This document shows, piece by piece, positions 13,600 to 26,356 of a stretch of DNA of 64,000 bases. The stretch comes from Octopus vulgaris (taxonomy: Eukaryota), in assembly GCA_951406725.2 (NCBI GenBank), contig OX597821.1, positions 99,882,001-99,946,000 on the forward strand, in the 5' to 3' direction. Each line of letters starts with the position of its first letter. The stretch's first letter is position 1. Under the pieces are notes generated by a model. It did no database searches and had not been told where the DNA came from. It saw nothing but the letters and a program-made list of their open reading frames with translations. A program made the translations under genes and the position numbers.

Positions 13600-14190
13600 A
13601 TACATATCCCAGTGCTCCAGTAATTACAGGTATAAACCTGAACTTGTAATCTGGATAGGGTAACTGCAGATTTCTCAATAGTTCAGCATAGGTGTTCTCT
13701 TTTTCACTGATCTTCAGCTTTATGTTAACATCCGCTGGGCAGCTAATTTCCACAACTGTACACAGTTTCTTTTCTCTATTCCAAATCATTATATCAGGTA
13801 TGCTTCCATTTTATTGATGTCTTCACTGGGATATTCGACCAGAACTTTTTTTTATTATGAGTAGCCATGGCTTTTACAATACTGTGGGTTCTTATTTCTT
13901 TGTCCTCGGGTTTATCCTTCCGACGGATTCCATTATAGCCTGTCCTAGCATCAACATCATGTCGCATCGGTATATAATACCGTGATGACATTTTTGGACA
14001 ACTGTTTATGATGTGGATGATATCTTCGGTTTTAACTTCACAAAGTTTGCATCGGTTATCACATTTTGCTGCTTGGCGTACATCTCTATCCTTCTTATGC
14101 AGCTGGTGTTCGGTTGATATTTCCTGTTCCTGGATTACAAACGTATACTCTTCAAAGAGGGAGGTAGTAATCCGGTATTGCTATTGGCAT
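13600..14190 (-). mobile_element. Degenerate RLE-type non-LTR retrotransposon 3' fragment (distinct R4-like family)
   Basis: Broken frames give ...YYIPMRHDV... and PDIMIWNREKKLCTVVEISCPAD...VITGALG, i.e. zinc-finger remnant plus PD-(D/E)xK endonuclease. Confidence 0.75.
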
Positions 14191-15130
14191 GTATGTATGT
14201 ATGTATCTATGTATGTATGTATGTATGTATGTATGTATGTATGTATGTATGTATGTATGCATGTATGTATGTATGTATGTATGTCTGTATGTATGTATGT
14301 ATGTATGTATGCATGCATGCATGCATGCATGCATGTATGTATGTATGTATGTATGTATGTATGTATGTATGTATGTATGTATGCATGCATGTATGTATGT
14401 ATGTATGTATGTATGTATGTATGTATGTATGTGTGTGTGTATGTATGTGTGTATGTACGTACGTATGTATGTATGTATGTATGTATGTATGTATGTATGT
14501 ATGTATGTATGTATGTATGTATGTATGTATGTATGTATGTATAAAAGATAAACAAGTAGTTGCAAAGGTATCGAATCATTTATAACACAGTCATACAGAA
14601 ATGAGTATGAAAATATATAAATTTAGCGGAAAAAACTGGAGCCATAGGAGAGATGTTTATCGTTATTCATCGTAAAAAGTTATAAATCCTCAAAGTTATA
14701 AATACTGTAATATCACTGATGAGATAGAAGAGGAATTCGAGAAGTCCTTTGTATTGGTTCTATGCCATCTTTAGATACATACATACGTACACACACACAC
14801 ACACACGCACACACACACTTGCGTGGGCAGTTGTTTCCTCTGACGCTTATGATATAAAATTTAAGCGTCACATTTTACACTTGTGTTTATACTTTGAGAA
14901 ATTCGAATCCAGCTGCGCTGGTCTCTCAATGAAACATTTTGTAGGCTGAAATAACATTGAAATAAAATGATTTGAACATCTTTTTATGACTTGCAAACAC
15001 TTTATCCCAATATAATTCAAGACTAATACACACACACACACAGACACCAATGTTTGTTTTCATGTAAATTATATATAAACACAATTTAACATTAAACTTA
15101 AGGACTATTCAGTACCTTTTTCAAGGAAAA

Positions 15131-15176
15131 GGTCGATAGTAACTTCGAAGTTTCGCCTTCATCAGACGGGGCTTTA
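15131..15176 (-). ncRNA. Hammerhead motif with deleted stem II (inactive relic)
   Basis: Minus strand CTGATGAaggcGAAACTTCGAAGTT; homologous to 15783-15839. Confidence 0.55.
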
Positions 15177-15782
15177 TTTTCGTTCTTTTTGATTTTACAT
15201 TGTCTTTAGTATTTTTTTAGGACAGGGGGAGCATGTGAAGCTATGTAAAATGATAATTAGATGTGGTGTAGGTAGAGTTGTTAGAAGAGTATAGCAGGAA
15301 TGCATGTATTTGTAGAGTGAGGGTTGCTAAAAGATAATGGTCAGGAGATTTATTTTAGTTTGATATTGGAATTTTGTTATTGTTAAAGGTTCAGTCACGC
15401 GTTGAAGCAAAGATGTAAACTACTGTGCCAATCTGAGGTCACAACATTCATTAAATAGAAAATTGTCTTTTGTTATGTTTTTATGGTTAACAAAAGAATG
15501 TTTCTAGATAAGTCAGTCGGTCACACAATATAGCTCAGACTAAGCTGAATTAATGTTGGTGTTATTCGATTTCTAATAAGAAATTTTGAACCGGGGAATT
15601 TGAGAAGGTTAGAATTGAGGAAACTATGTTACTATAAGGATTAGGTTTTTCTAATCTGTTTCTAGCATTGCTATTTGTATGTATGTTATGTACATTATAT
15701 TATTGTAGACAATTACATAGATATAATTGCGTGATGTTACCTATACATCAAAAAACTATATAAAGCCGAAAACAACCCTAAT

Positions 15783-15839
15783 AAAGCTCTGTCTGATGAA
15801 GGCGAGCAAGCCGAAACTTCGAAGTCACTGTCAAGCTTT
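15783..15839 (+). ncRNA. Type-I hammerhead ribozyme motif
   Basis: CTGATGA-a-ggc(gagcaa)gcc-GAAAC-TTCGAA-GTC; stem III palindrome ACTTCGAAGT; GUC triplet ends at 15826; interrupted stem I. Confidence 0.75.
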
Positions 15840-15867
15840 TCCTTGTAAAATCATATACATACATACA

Positions 15868-15937
<70 letters not shown>

Positions 15938-16307
15938 ATTGCCAGTGCTATGTAAATAGCTCCCGTGAATCGTAGTCGTGGTCGCTGCCGGTGCCATGTA
16001 AACGACACCCGAGCATCGTAGATATGGTCGTTGATGGTACCATGCAAATGGCACCCGTGCACCTTGAGAACTATTGGTCTTTAATACGATAATGAATCTA
16101 AGTAAATTCAGCTTCTCTACCTTGCTTCTTCTTACTATCATCCCCTCCTCATCACTCACTCCATTATCACTACCCTATGCCTTGTCCATTTTGCGAAGAT
16201 TAAGCAGACATATAATCCCATCACTTTTGATAATTTAGTTGGCTGGCCTGGCATTAATTATTTCTTTCACTACTGGCCAGTACACATAAACAACTTATTT
16301 AAGATAG

Positions 16308-16475
16308 ATTTCTTTATTGGCCACGCAGGGCTGAAATCAGAAGGGACAAAATACAAAGTAGAACTTTTCTTTTTGGGAAGAAGAGAAGGAAAAAAAGGGT
16401 CGAATTCCGATCAAAAGGGATCGTGAAAAATAAAAAAAAGTGGAGACGATCGGAGCCTATCCTTCCTCTTTAGAG
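16308..16475 (-). mobile_element. 3' end fragment of a non-LTR element with tail-A terminus
   Basis: Minus strand tgtattttgtcccttctgatttcagccctgcgtggccaataaagaaat resembles the ends at 24858-24902 and 10248-10291. Confidence 0.6.
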
Positions 16476-18277
16476 TCACTTGGGTCAATTATCTCCCCCC
16501 ACTACTATAAATTCTAATAATCCCTAAATTCTTTGTTCTCACCAAATATACACTATTCTGATAAGTTCATTCTGCCAACTGAATGATAGTAGGATCAATG
16601 TAAATATTTTTACTCCATCAATTTGTTAGCTATGCTGAATAAGTTGAACTATTCTTTATGTTTGAAGATCGTTAATTCATCTGATGGCAGCGGTTTCTTT
16701 GCAATGATGTAATTAAAGGAGTCGTTAGGAACGGCCGTAATGAATTGACACCTGTACCTCTTTGGAATCTAGTCGGTTTGGCTGCTAGCATCAATTCTGT
16801 TCGAATTGATTTCATATTTAGTGTAACGATACACTTTTATAGGCGAAATTATGACGTGAAAGTAATTTTCGCTATAAATCAATAAATAGATTTATTAGCA
16901 ATTTAAGCTTCAAAATGTTGGTAATTTTAGCCAATCGTAAGTCACAGACGCATTCATGCCTGTTTCAGTAGCAAGAAGCGGAACATGAGAACTTTGGAAA
17001 CATTTAAAACAGAGGAAAATAAAGGAAAACTGTGTCGTACCTTCAAGAAAAGGTTGTTATACCCAAAAGAAAACTACGTAAAAAATGGCTTCTTATGTGT
17101 ACGAAAAGACATGGTGGGAACATATACTGACGATCGCATGCAACGTGTTGTTTATCGCATTTGCATTAAATGTATATTGAATGCTTAAAAGTTTGTTTCT
17201 AAGCATATTTATATTGTAATTAAACATATTTAAATTGTAATGTGTTTATCACACGTAATGTGTTGTTCATCGCATTAGCATTAAATGTATATTGAATGCT
17301 TAAATTTTTATTTACTCGTTTCTTTTTATCATTGAACATTGCGGTGGTTGTAAGGTAAATGAGATTTTTTGGATAAGTCTTTAAAATTAACATAAACGTT
17401 AATTTACATGAAAGAAAATTACAGGAGGCATAACAAGTGTTTACAAATATTGACAGCACATGCTATTTTCAGGATGTTGACAAAATGTGCAGTCACGCAC
17501 AAAATGACAGCTTCCAAATCCTGTTTCCTGACTGAGTGAACTTTTTAAAAACATTTTTCTGGAAAAAATGAAATAACTCCAGCAATTCAGTTTGGGCAAG
17601 TGTATTATAGAGACAAATTATAAAATTTTCGGTAAACTTTAATTTTTGAAATGCTCGCAGTCAAACCTATAAAACCCCCACTTTGTTACACACATATTTT
17701 ATTCACATATCCTGGAATCTACGCTTCGTAAATGTTATAGACAGTATTTTTAATATAAAGTACATGTCTGAATAACTAAGAGAGGATTTCTTCCCTCAAC
17801 TGGGTCTTATCATCTGCATACACTGCAAGAATATCATGTGACCGGCACTTATTCATGAAGTCTGATATTTCCTTAATATTCTTGAGCATGCGTCTTACTC
17901 AGCCCTAACAAGGTGCCTTAATTTAAGTACCTAATTCAACTGAATCTTAAGAGACACCCACAACGTTATCCACCATCTTTAGTAGACACCCACAACATTA
18001 TCCCCCATCTTTCCAACAACAACCTTGGGCAACTTTTTGCATTCCATATGACAAACACTCGCGGACATGCTTATAAAATAATACCCCCCCCCAAAAAAAA
18101 AAAAAACAAAAGAAAAAACAACATAGCACCCATGACTTTCGGAAACATTTTTCATGGAATCAGTTGTTAACTTCCTGAAATCCTCTAACATTACACCTGA
18201 TGGCCTTTTTTTATATATAGTTGTTGTGCATCTAAGCACTGTATACAAAAATTTTCTTCATTATATCAATGTATATC

Positions 18278-18403
<126 letters not shown>

Positions 18404-18710
18404 CATATATATATATATGTATTTGTTGTGTCAGTGTTTGCCCCCGTTCGCTTGGCAACTGATGTTGCTGTGTTTTATGTCCCTGTAACTTAGCGGTTCG
18501 TCAATATAAGCGATAGAATAAGTACTAGGCTTACAAAGAATAAGTCCTGGGATCGATTTGTTCAACTAAAGGCAGTATTCCAGCTTGGCCGCAGTCAAAT
18601 GACTGAAGTGTATATATATATAGTGAGAATTTACAAAAAAAAAAACGTAAGACGAAGACGGGTGTGTAAACAACAAACAGATGTTTAACGCTCGGGAAGG
18701 GAGAAAGTTT

Positions 18711-18744
18711 TTTTACGTTTCGAGCCTATGCTCTTCGACAGAAA
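18711..18744 (-). ncRNA. Hammerhead-like motif with variant core, in a ~190-bp element (18622-18805)
   Basis: ttt-CTGTCGA-a-gagc(atag)gctc-GAAAC-GTA-aaa; same stem II arms as 13017. Confidence 0.55.
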
Positions 18745-18807
18745 GGAACACAGAAATAAACAGGGAAAGCAAATAAAAAAAAAAGGTTTAGTGGCTGGCG
18801 ATCTTTA

Positions 18808-18916
<109 letters not shown>

Positions 18917-20820
18917 TTTAAATACAGCCACCAGTTAGTTTAAACAGCTTTAACAGTCGCAAATTTTGATGAAGTCTCCGGTCTACCTTTTCCTTCTATT
19001 AGTTTCAGAGGAACTGCATGCAGAATAATTAATTATTAGTGTTTCCTTTTCCTCTAAACAATAAAATAAATAGATAAAAATTCTATTGCAAAAATTCTAT
19101 TTTATATGTGTGTGTATGTAATAAATAATATGTAATATGTATGTGTATGTCTGTGTACGTGGTTGTGTTTGTTCCCCTCCCCCACAACAACTTGACAACC
19201 AAATAAATTAAGCATTCCTTTATAAAGTCACTGAATCAACTCATTAGGACATACAATGCAACAGATAAGATGGTAGATATGTCGGATTCATTGAGCAACA
19301 TCGCATTCGTTAGTTATTTTGTGGAATGTTTTTAATGCCTTAGTGATACCAAATTACACTGTACGCTGGAAATTTTAAACTGATGTCGCTAAAGTGGTGA
19401 GAAAAAGGAAAAAGAAATCCAATCTGAACACACGTGGTGTTATGTATGTTTGTGCGAACATATATTCGAGTGTATGGGTACCTGTGTGTTTATGTGTGTT
19501 TACGTGTGTGTGTGTTTACGTTTGTGTTTAAGTGTGTGTGCATGTGTGTGTGTACGTACGTGTGTGTGCGTGTGTGTATGTACGTGTGTGTGTGTACGTA
19601 CGTGTGTGTGTGTACGTACGTGTGTGTGTGTACGAATGTGGGATCTTTTCAGTTTGAAGGCCAGATTTTCTTAGTTAACTAAACAATTTGAAACTTCGTA
19701 TACTGGTAGAATGTGTCAAAAGAAAACATAATTGTAAACCAAAATGAAAACGGAATTGTAATTTCTAAGTTTAACGTTGTTTAATAATTCGAATTTTAAC
19801 CAATGATATTCTTTCTTTCGGCCTCATATTATTTACTGCCTCTCAAAATATTGTTACTGTGACGTAAACAGCTATTTTGTGACGTAGTTAACGTAAACAT
19901 GTAAACAGACCTACAGATTCGTTTGTAACGTAAACATCCGCTCATCGTAAATAGCTAAATTCGCTTGGCATCGTACACAGCTTTTTCAGTTCCCTAGAAT
20001 TATATTTCAAAGAAAATAAAAAGAAAAAGATTCATACGCATAAATATCCATCCTTAGACATCAGAAAATGAGTGTTTAAATTATTTTCCATTGTTTGCAT
20101 TGCTTACACACACACACATACATACATACACACATACTAAAATTACATCGTTGGAGCAGTAATTTATTTATGTATTTTTTGTTATACAATTTATTTTAAA
20201 GCTGAATCCCTATCCTGCCATTAACCCTTTTCTTATAAAATAGTTGAAGAATCTGGGGTGTAGGTATTGGGCCAGTATTGGAACTTTTAACTTCTTGCTC
20301 TCTATCTTATGATCTCCGAAATTTAAGAATCTTGTGTTAACTCGGCTCTTATTATTTACTCTGACTCTGCCACCACCTCAATGCAAAGACTATCAATATC
20401 AGAATCATCTTCACAACCACCACTACAACCATTAATACAACCTCGAATGCCACCACCACAACCATCTTCTGCAAACACAACCCCAAGATCAATACCAGCA
20501 TCATATTCAAAATCACCAATTTCACCACCACTACACTCTGCAATATCTTCAACACTACCATCCATGAGACATCCTAACATAATCAATGCTACTACTACTA
20601 TCATCATCATTATCATCATCATCCACTACCGCCACCACCACCACCATCTCTACAAAAACACCAACACTATAATTTCTGCCATCATACACATCCACTGTCA
20701 CCACTACACCACCACTGCCATGATAACCACATCTACCACCTCCAACACCATTGCCACCACTATCTATGAGACATCCTAAGTTAGAAACTACTTTCACTTT
20801 CTAGTTGCTCTTTGAGTTTA

Positions 20821-21216
20821 TCTTTATATATAAAAGAGAGGTTGTGTGTCTGTCTCCTACGATTTAGATTCCTAACTACTCCCACATTTTGCGGTGCAGT
20901 TTAACCAAAACCGGGTATCTTATAGTCGTGATTCATATCGAGCCCTTCTGGGTATTAGCGCGCGTCTACGATGAGTCTACGATTTAAAAAAAAAGTTACC
21001 ATTTTTTTCCATTTTAATGCATATTTTTTCGATATTATATAAGGGAAGTAACTCTCTAAAAATGTCTACGATGAGTCAACGATTTAAAAAAAAATTTACC
21101 ATCATTTTTTTCCATTTTTAATGCATTTTTTTTCTATTTTTTGGCTATAACTCTCTAAAAATGCTTATATAGTTATTTCCCTTACAAACCCGAGCAACGC
21201 CGGGCGATACTGCTAG
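20821..21216 (+). mobile_element. Non-autonomous Helitron
   Basis: 5' TC (tctttatatataaaag) after an A; subterminal hairpin cccg...cggg then CTAG; internal ~100-bp duplication. Confidence 0.8.
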
Positions 21217-21802
21217 CTATATCTAATCTATCTCTAAAAGATGCAAAGCAAGTAGCATTAAATGGTGAATGGATGTGAGCAGAAAGAGAGTAAGTTCCAT
21301 TCCAGTTTACAACAATTATAGAATTATTCTCAAACCATAAATGAAGGGTGGAGAGGAGTGAAGGAGGAGTCATGTTTCCTCTGAGGGGTTACAGAAGTAA
21401 TAAGCACTGAAAAGTGGAGTTTGCGTTATTATTTTTGTTTCATAGTTTACAATTATTTCTACAAATTCATTTTGACTTATCTTCAATCATGTTTATAAAC
21501 GTGACCGCTGTGCCGTCCACTACAAACATTGATTAATGTCCTATATTTAAGCGATAGACAAACACTTCAGCATATTATTTTTTGTAGAGAGTTGCGAGGG
21601 ATCATTTCTATGAACGGGGTATCTGTACAACGGATATGACTACATCATTAATTGTGGAGTCGTTTAAAAACACGATGCAAGATTAAGTCAACATGGAATT
21701 TTTGAAACAATCATAAATTGTTCTATATTTTAGAGATGAGGAATTCTGTACAATATTTACATTTTTTACATTGGACGAATATTTGTCATCTTGTTTGTTG
21801 CT

Positions 21803-21848
21803 ACCACAAAATTTCGGCTGATTTACTCTCCAGCCTTCATCAGGTGTC
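21803..21848 (-). ncRNA. Degenerate hammerhead motif
   Basis: gacac-CTGATGA-a-ggctg(gagagtaaat)cagcc-GAAA-ttttgtgg; stem III mutated. Confidence 0.55.
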
Positions 21849-22317
21849 CTGGTAGAATTTTGAATCCAACCCTAGGTTCTAAGGTGCCACGCAGTGTGAA
21901 TGAACCCGAAACTATGTGGCTGGTATGGCCGGTCAGGGAGTCACCTTTGCTTTCGCGCCTTTTACGTTCTTAGCCGTGGGAGACGTCTATATTGCTAAGA
22001 GTATAAAAAGTGTGAAACCAATGGTAACGTCCTGACTGGTCGTAAACCACAACTACATTAGATATTACTACGATATATCTAAAAAAAACATTTACTTGTC
22101 TCAGTCATTCGACATATTCTATCGGTTAATTTCGTCGAACTTCTAAGTTGCGGGGATAGAAAGGAAGTCAACAAGCGGTTGTCTGGGACAAGCACGAAGC
22201 TAGCCCCTCCGGCCCACAAACACGTATATACGACGGGCTTTTTTCAGTTTTCATCGTCCAAATCTATTTGACCTAGTGACCAGGCAGCAAACTTCTTGTC
22301 ACACAGTCACTCCTACG

Positions 22318-22408
<91 letters not shown>

Positions 22409-23052
22409 ATATATATACACGTCCCCGTAGCTTAGCGTTTTGGAAAAAGAAACCGATAGAATAAGTGCTAGGGTTCCAAAGAGTAAGTCCTGGGGTCGAT
22501 TTCTATAACTAAAAAACCTTCAAACTCTGCTTGTTGTTCTTTCACCTGTCATCGTCGTTTGTTTTCTGTAAATTTGAACTACACACACACACGCGCGCGC
22601 ACACACACACACACTCACACACACACACACACGCACACATACACACGCACACACATATATATATATAGGTAAAAGATTAATGAGTGCGTGCGTTACATAA
22701 ATAATATCTTCAGGATTAAATAAAAAGACAACAAACGGAAAATATGACATATCTATATATATATAATTAAAAATAAACGTATTGTAAATAAACAAACGAA
22801 CACATACTAAATGCACAGGCGAACAGAAAACACACAAGGTCACAAATTCTTCATCAGTTATCAGCAAGAGGAGTCAAACGCAATTTCGGGCATTATCGAT
22901 ACTATTGTTTCTTTCGCTGTTCGCAAAAAAGTTCGTATTCCATATTTTCATATTTCGTATTTCCTGTTGTTTACCTTCTGTGACGTCCTGAACCCATATA
23001 TGCATATGTATATACATATATATGTAAGTATATACATACATACATACATACA

Positions 23053-23133
<81 letters not shown>

Positions 23134-23357
23134 CATTATCTATAAACATTACAATTGTTTCGACACATTTTTACACTTGTTCATTGGTGAGATGTTGTGT
23201 AATCATTATCACCAATTCAAGGTGTGAAATGCACCTTCTTTGAGTAAGACTTTATACGAGCTTTATATAGCATACCACAAGGGTTTTACCCGTATATTTA
23301 CTCGCGTATGTGTGTATATGTATAAAAGCGGAGCAAGAGTACACACGAAGACAGAAA

Positions 23358-23404
23358 GTGTCGCTGAAGAGTTCACAGAGGTGTGACGAAAGATTTCCGG
23401 ACGA
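23358..23404 (+). ncRNA. Possible degenerate hammerhead motif
   Basis: CTGAAGA-gttcac(agag)gtgtgac-GAAAG; stems I and III imperfect. Confidence 0.35.
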
Positions 23405-23644
23405 TAAACATAAATTAGAATAAGAACAGTAATAAATGAGTGAAAAGGGAATTATATAGTGCGCCTGTTTATTTGGCAAAAAGAGGGAAAAAATAACAAC
23501 AATATCTGTTTCAACGCACGGTTTCACATCAAGAATCTTGCAGCACACATATATAAAAGGATATATTTACAGAAAACAACAAAAGACGAAGACAGGTGCA
23601 GGAATAACAAGCAGATGCATTAGTTTGACTGAATATATATAGAG

Positions 23645-23962
23645 AATACCAAATGAGTTCCCTATGGATACCGTATTTATTACAACGAGTGGCTTGTAAA
23701 CGAGTTGTAATAAATACGGTATCCATAGGGAATGAGTTTGGTATTTTATTTATTACATACGAATAAACGACCATATTTTATTAACCCAATAACTAAATTC
23801 TTCACGTTTAGTTGTAACTTATGAATGACAAAAGTAGTGCCGTCACCGTGACGTCGGGTCATCACCATGGATTGACCAATCAGAAGCAGCGCTCGCAGTA
23901 TCTGACATATGTTAGATACCAAAAATATCTCAAAGTGTTCTCACTCACATGTGTGTAATAAA
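23645..23962. mobile_element. Palindromic non-autonomous DNA element
   Basis: Perfect 29-bp inverted arms 23658-23686 and 23704-23732, extended by aataccaaa/tttggtatt; right boundary inferred. Confidence 0.55.
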
Positions 23963-23972
23963 GTTCCTGCTC

Positions 23973-24902
23973 GCGGAGTGCGAGCAGGAACTTGAAGAAA
24001 AGAAGAATACTGTAAATGAAAAAGAAAACATAGAAAAGGAAACAAAACAACAAGAGAAAGGAAATAATAAGTCAATGAAGGAAAAAGAAATAAAAGAAAA
24101 GAAAGAAATAGAACCAAAACAGAGTCAGGAAAAAAAAAGGAAAAAGAAACAATAGGAAAAAAACAAGAGAGGGATCAGAATCAAACGAAAAGAAAAGACG
24201 GCACACAAAAGGAAAAAGAAAAGGAACATAAAACACGAGAGAAAGAGAGAACAGAGAAAGAACCAAAAAGACAAGAGAAGGAAGGAGAAAGAAAAGAAGG
24301 CAAAAAGAGAGAAAGAGAGAAACAAAGAGAGGAGAACAAGGAAGAAATAAGCCCGAAAAGAAAAATGAAGGAAAACGTAGGACGGAAACAAGATTACTAC
24401 TACTACAAGTTAGTAACCTTCCATTTCTGCCCTGAAATGAAAGACTTGACATGTAATACGGAGGGACATATATGGGTCAACAGGATGACCGATCAGTGGC
24501 AGGAGACTGCTCTAATCCCCGAAGAAAGAGTCGCTGAGTTCCTCAGAGCTGCCGGAGAGAGTGTAATATTTTACACGAAGGTTCGAGTGAGAGAGCGGCC
24601 GCCTGAGGGCTCAGTGATGGACTTTAGAGAATTGAAAGCTATTATGGAATATGTATAGAATTGTGAGAAGAAAAAAAAAAAAAAAAAAAAGAGAAAAAAG
24701 AAAATTTTGTGAAATATATGTGACGAAAATGTAACCTCTCGATTCCGGGGATCGAGTGGGCATTTACATCTCATTGTAAATATTCTTTCATATGTCATTT
24801 TTTACTTTTATTTTTTCCTTTTCTTGTCATTCGCTTTCTTATTTTAAGTTCCCCGATTGTATTGTCCCATCTATGTTCGCCCCTAGTGGGTAATAAAGAA
24901 AT
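23973..24902 (+). mobile_element. 5'-truncated copy of an ORF1-only non-LTR element (ORF1 C-terminus plus 3' UTR)
   Basis: 23973-24495 nearly identical to 25763-26286; ORF stops at 24658; pyrimidine-rich UTR ends gtgggtaataaagaaat. Confidence 0.8.
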
Positions 24903-25045
24903 ACCGATAGGATGTTACTTCTATGCGTGTTGTTATCTGTGACTAGACGGTGAAATTTTTTCTGTGTAAATTGATTTGATATCGCGCGAGGCGTTTGCCT
25001 CCACGTGTGGAAACCTTCCGAAGAAGGTGAATTGACCCTCTAGTC

Positions 25046-26356
25046 ATGGCGACTTACGCGGGGGTCACCGGGAAAAATAACGATTCGTCGATAATCATAA
25101 AGGAGGTTTTCTTTGAGAAGGATAAACTCAAAGAATATGAAAAGCTCTTCAAAAGGGAGGGTGATAGCGTGAAGCTAATCCCCCCCGCGAAAGCAAAAGA
25201 GGACAAAGAAAGCAAGACAGTGACATACAGAACCCAAGACAAAAATACGAAGAAACTGGCAAGAGTGGAGATAGCCGAAATTGAAAAATGTCTGGGAGAC
25301 ATAATGGGGAAAACAACCTACGTGAGTAGAGGCAAGAAATTTGGTACGGTGGAGGTGAGATGTGCAACGGAAGAAATTGCAGCCTCACTGGCTACCACCG
25401 CACTAAGAGCCGAAAAATTCACAATGTGGCCCTCATACAAGGGAAGAAGAGGGGTCCGGGTTAAAATCCCGAATATACCCCCAGAAGTGAAAACAGAATG
25501 GCTGGCAACAGCTATTCTAGGAGCAGCAGAAGAGGAAGTGGAGGTGGAATCCTTTAAGGAGTCCAACGCGGTAAACTGGAGAGGATATGGGGTAGAACTG
25601 TGGTTGATGGCCACAAAAGAGGATATTGAAAGGTTCCCCTACAGAATTGAAATTGAAGATGAAAAAACCCTCAGTGTAATTGTAGAGGGAAGAAAACCAA
25701 ACTGTTACTTGTGTGGGACAAGGGGGAACATTAAAAAAGAGTGCCCGTTATACGAATTCGTAGCGGAGTGCGAGCAGGAACTTGAAGAAAAGAAGAATAC
25801 TGTAAATGAAAAAGAAAACATAGAAAAGGAAACAAAACAACAAGAGAAAGGAAATAATAAGTCAATGAAGGAAAAAGAAATAAAAGAAAAGAAAGAAATA
25901 GAACCAAAACAGAGTCAGGAAAAAAAAAAAGGAAAAAGAAACAACAGAAAAAAACAAGAGAGAGATCAGAATCAAACGAAAAGAAAAGACGGCACACAAA
26001 AGGAAAAAGAAAAGGAACATAAAACACGAGAGAAAGAGAGAACAGACAAAGAACCAAAAAGACAAGAGAAGGAAGGAGAAAGAAAAGAAGGCAAAAAGAG
26101 AGAAAGAGAGAAACAAAGAGAGGAGAACAAGGAAGAAATAAGCCCGAAAAGAAAAATGAAGGAAAACGTAGGACGGAAACAAGATTACTACTACTACAAG
26201 TTAGTAACCTTCCATTTCTGCCCTGAAATGAAAGACTTGACATGTAATACGGAGGGACATATATGGGTCGACAGGAATACCGATCACTGTGGTCTCGTAG
26301 CCACAGTGAGCCCAATGGCGCCCAGAGCCTTGCTCCCGACACTCCATGGACCATAA
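25046..26356 (+). CDS. Retrotransposon ORF1 (gag-like nucleic-acid-binding protein), 3' end disrupted
   Basis: 436-aa ORF with RRM-like region, VIVEGRKPNCYLCGTRGNIKKEC zinc knuckle (His replaced by Asn) and K/E-rich region; last ~23 aa are read-through into an unrelated insertion. Confidence 0.8.
   Translation: MATYAGVTGKNNDSSIIIKEVFFEKDKLKEYEKLFKREGDSVKLIPPAKAKEDKESKTVTYRTQDKNTKKLARVEIAEIEKCLGDIMGKTTYVSRGKKFGTVEVRCATEEIAASLATTALRAEKFTMWPSYKGRRGVRVKIPNIPPEVKTEWLATAILGAAEEEVEVESFKESNAVNWRGYGVELWLMATKEDIERFPYRIEIEDEKTLSVIVEGRKPNCYLCGTRGNIKKECPLYEFVAECEQELEEKKNTVNEKENIEKETKQQEKGNNKSMKEKEIKEKKEIEPKQSQEKKKGKRNNRKKQERDQNQTKRKDGTQKEKEKEHKTREKERTDKEPKRQEKEGERKEGKKREREKQREENKEEISPKRKMKENVGRKQDYYYYKLVTFHFCPEMKDLTCNTEGHIWVDRNTDHCGLVATVSPMAPRALLPTLHGP

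Noticed and set aside
17140-17310. ~113-bp tandem duplication (also a 32-bp duplication at 17951-18012)
   Set aside because: Ordinary local duplications with no further structure
20381-20779. 132-aa Pro/Ser/Thr/His-rich ORF
   Set aside because: Degenerate (CAC/CAT/CAA)n low-complexity sequence with no domain or splice support
22840-22895. CTGATGA and GAAA on the minus strand (similar CTGATGA at 6-12 and 673-679) as hammerheads
   Set aside because: Could not build the three stems convincingly
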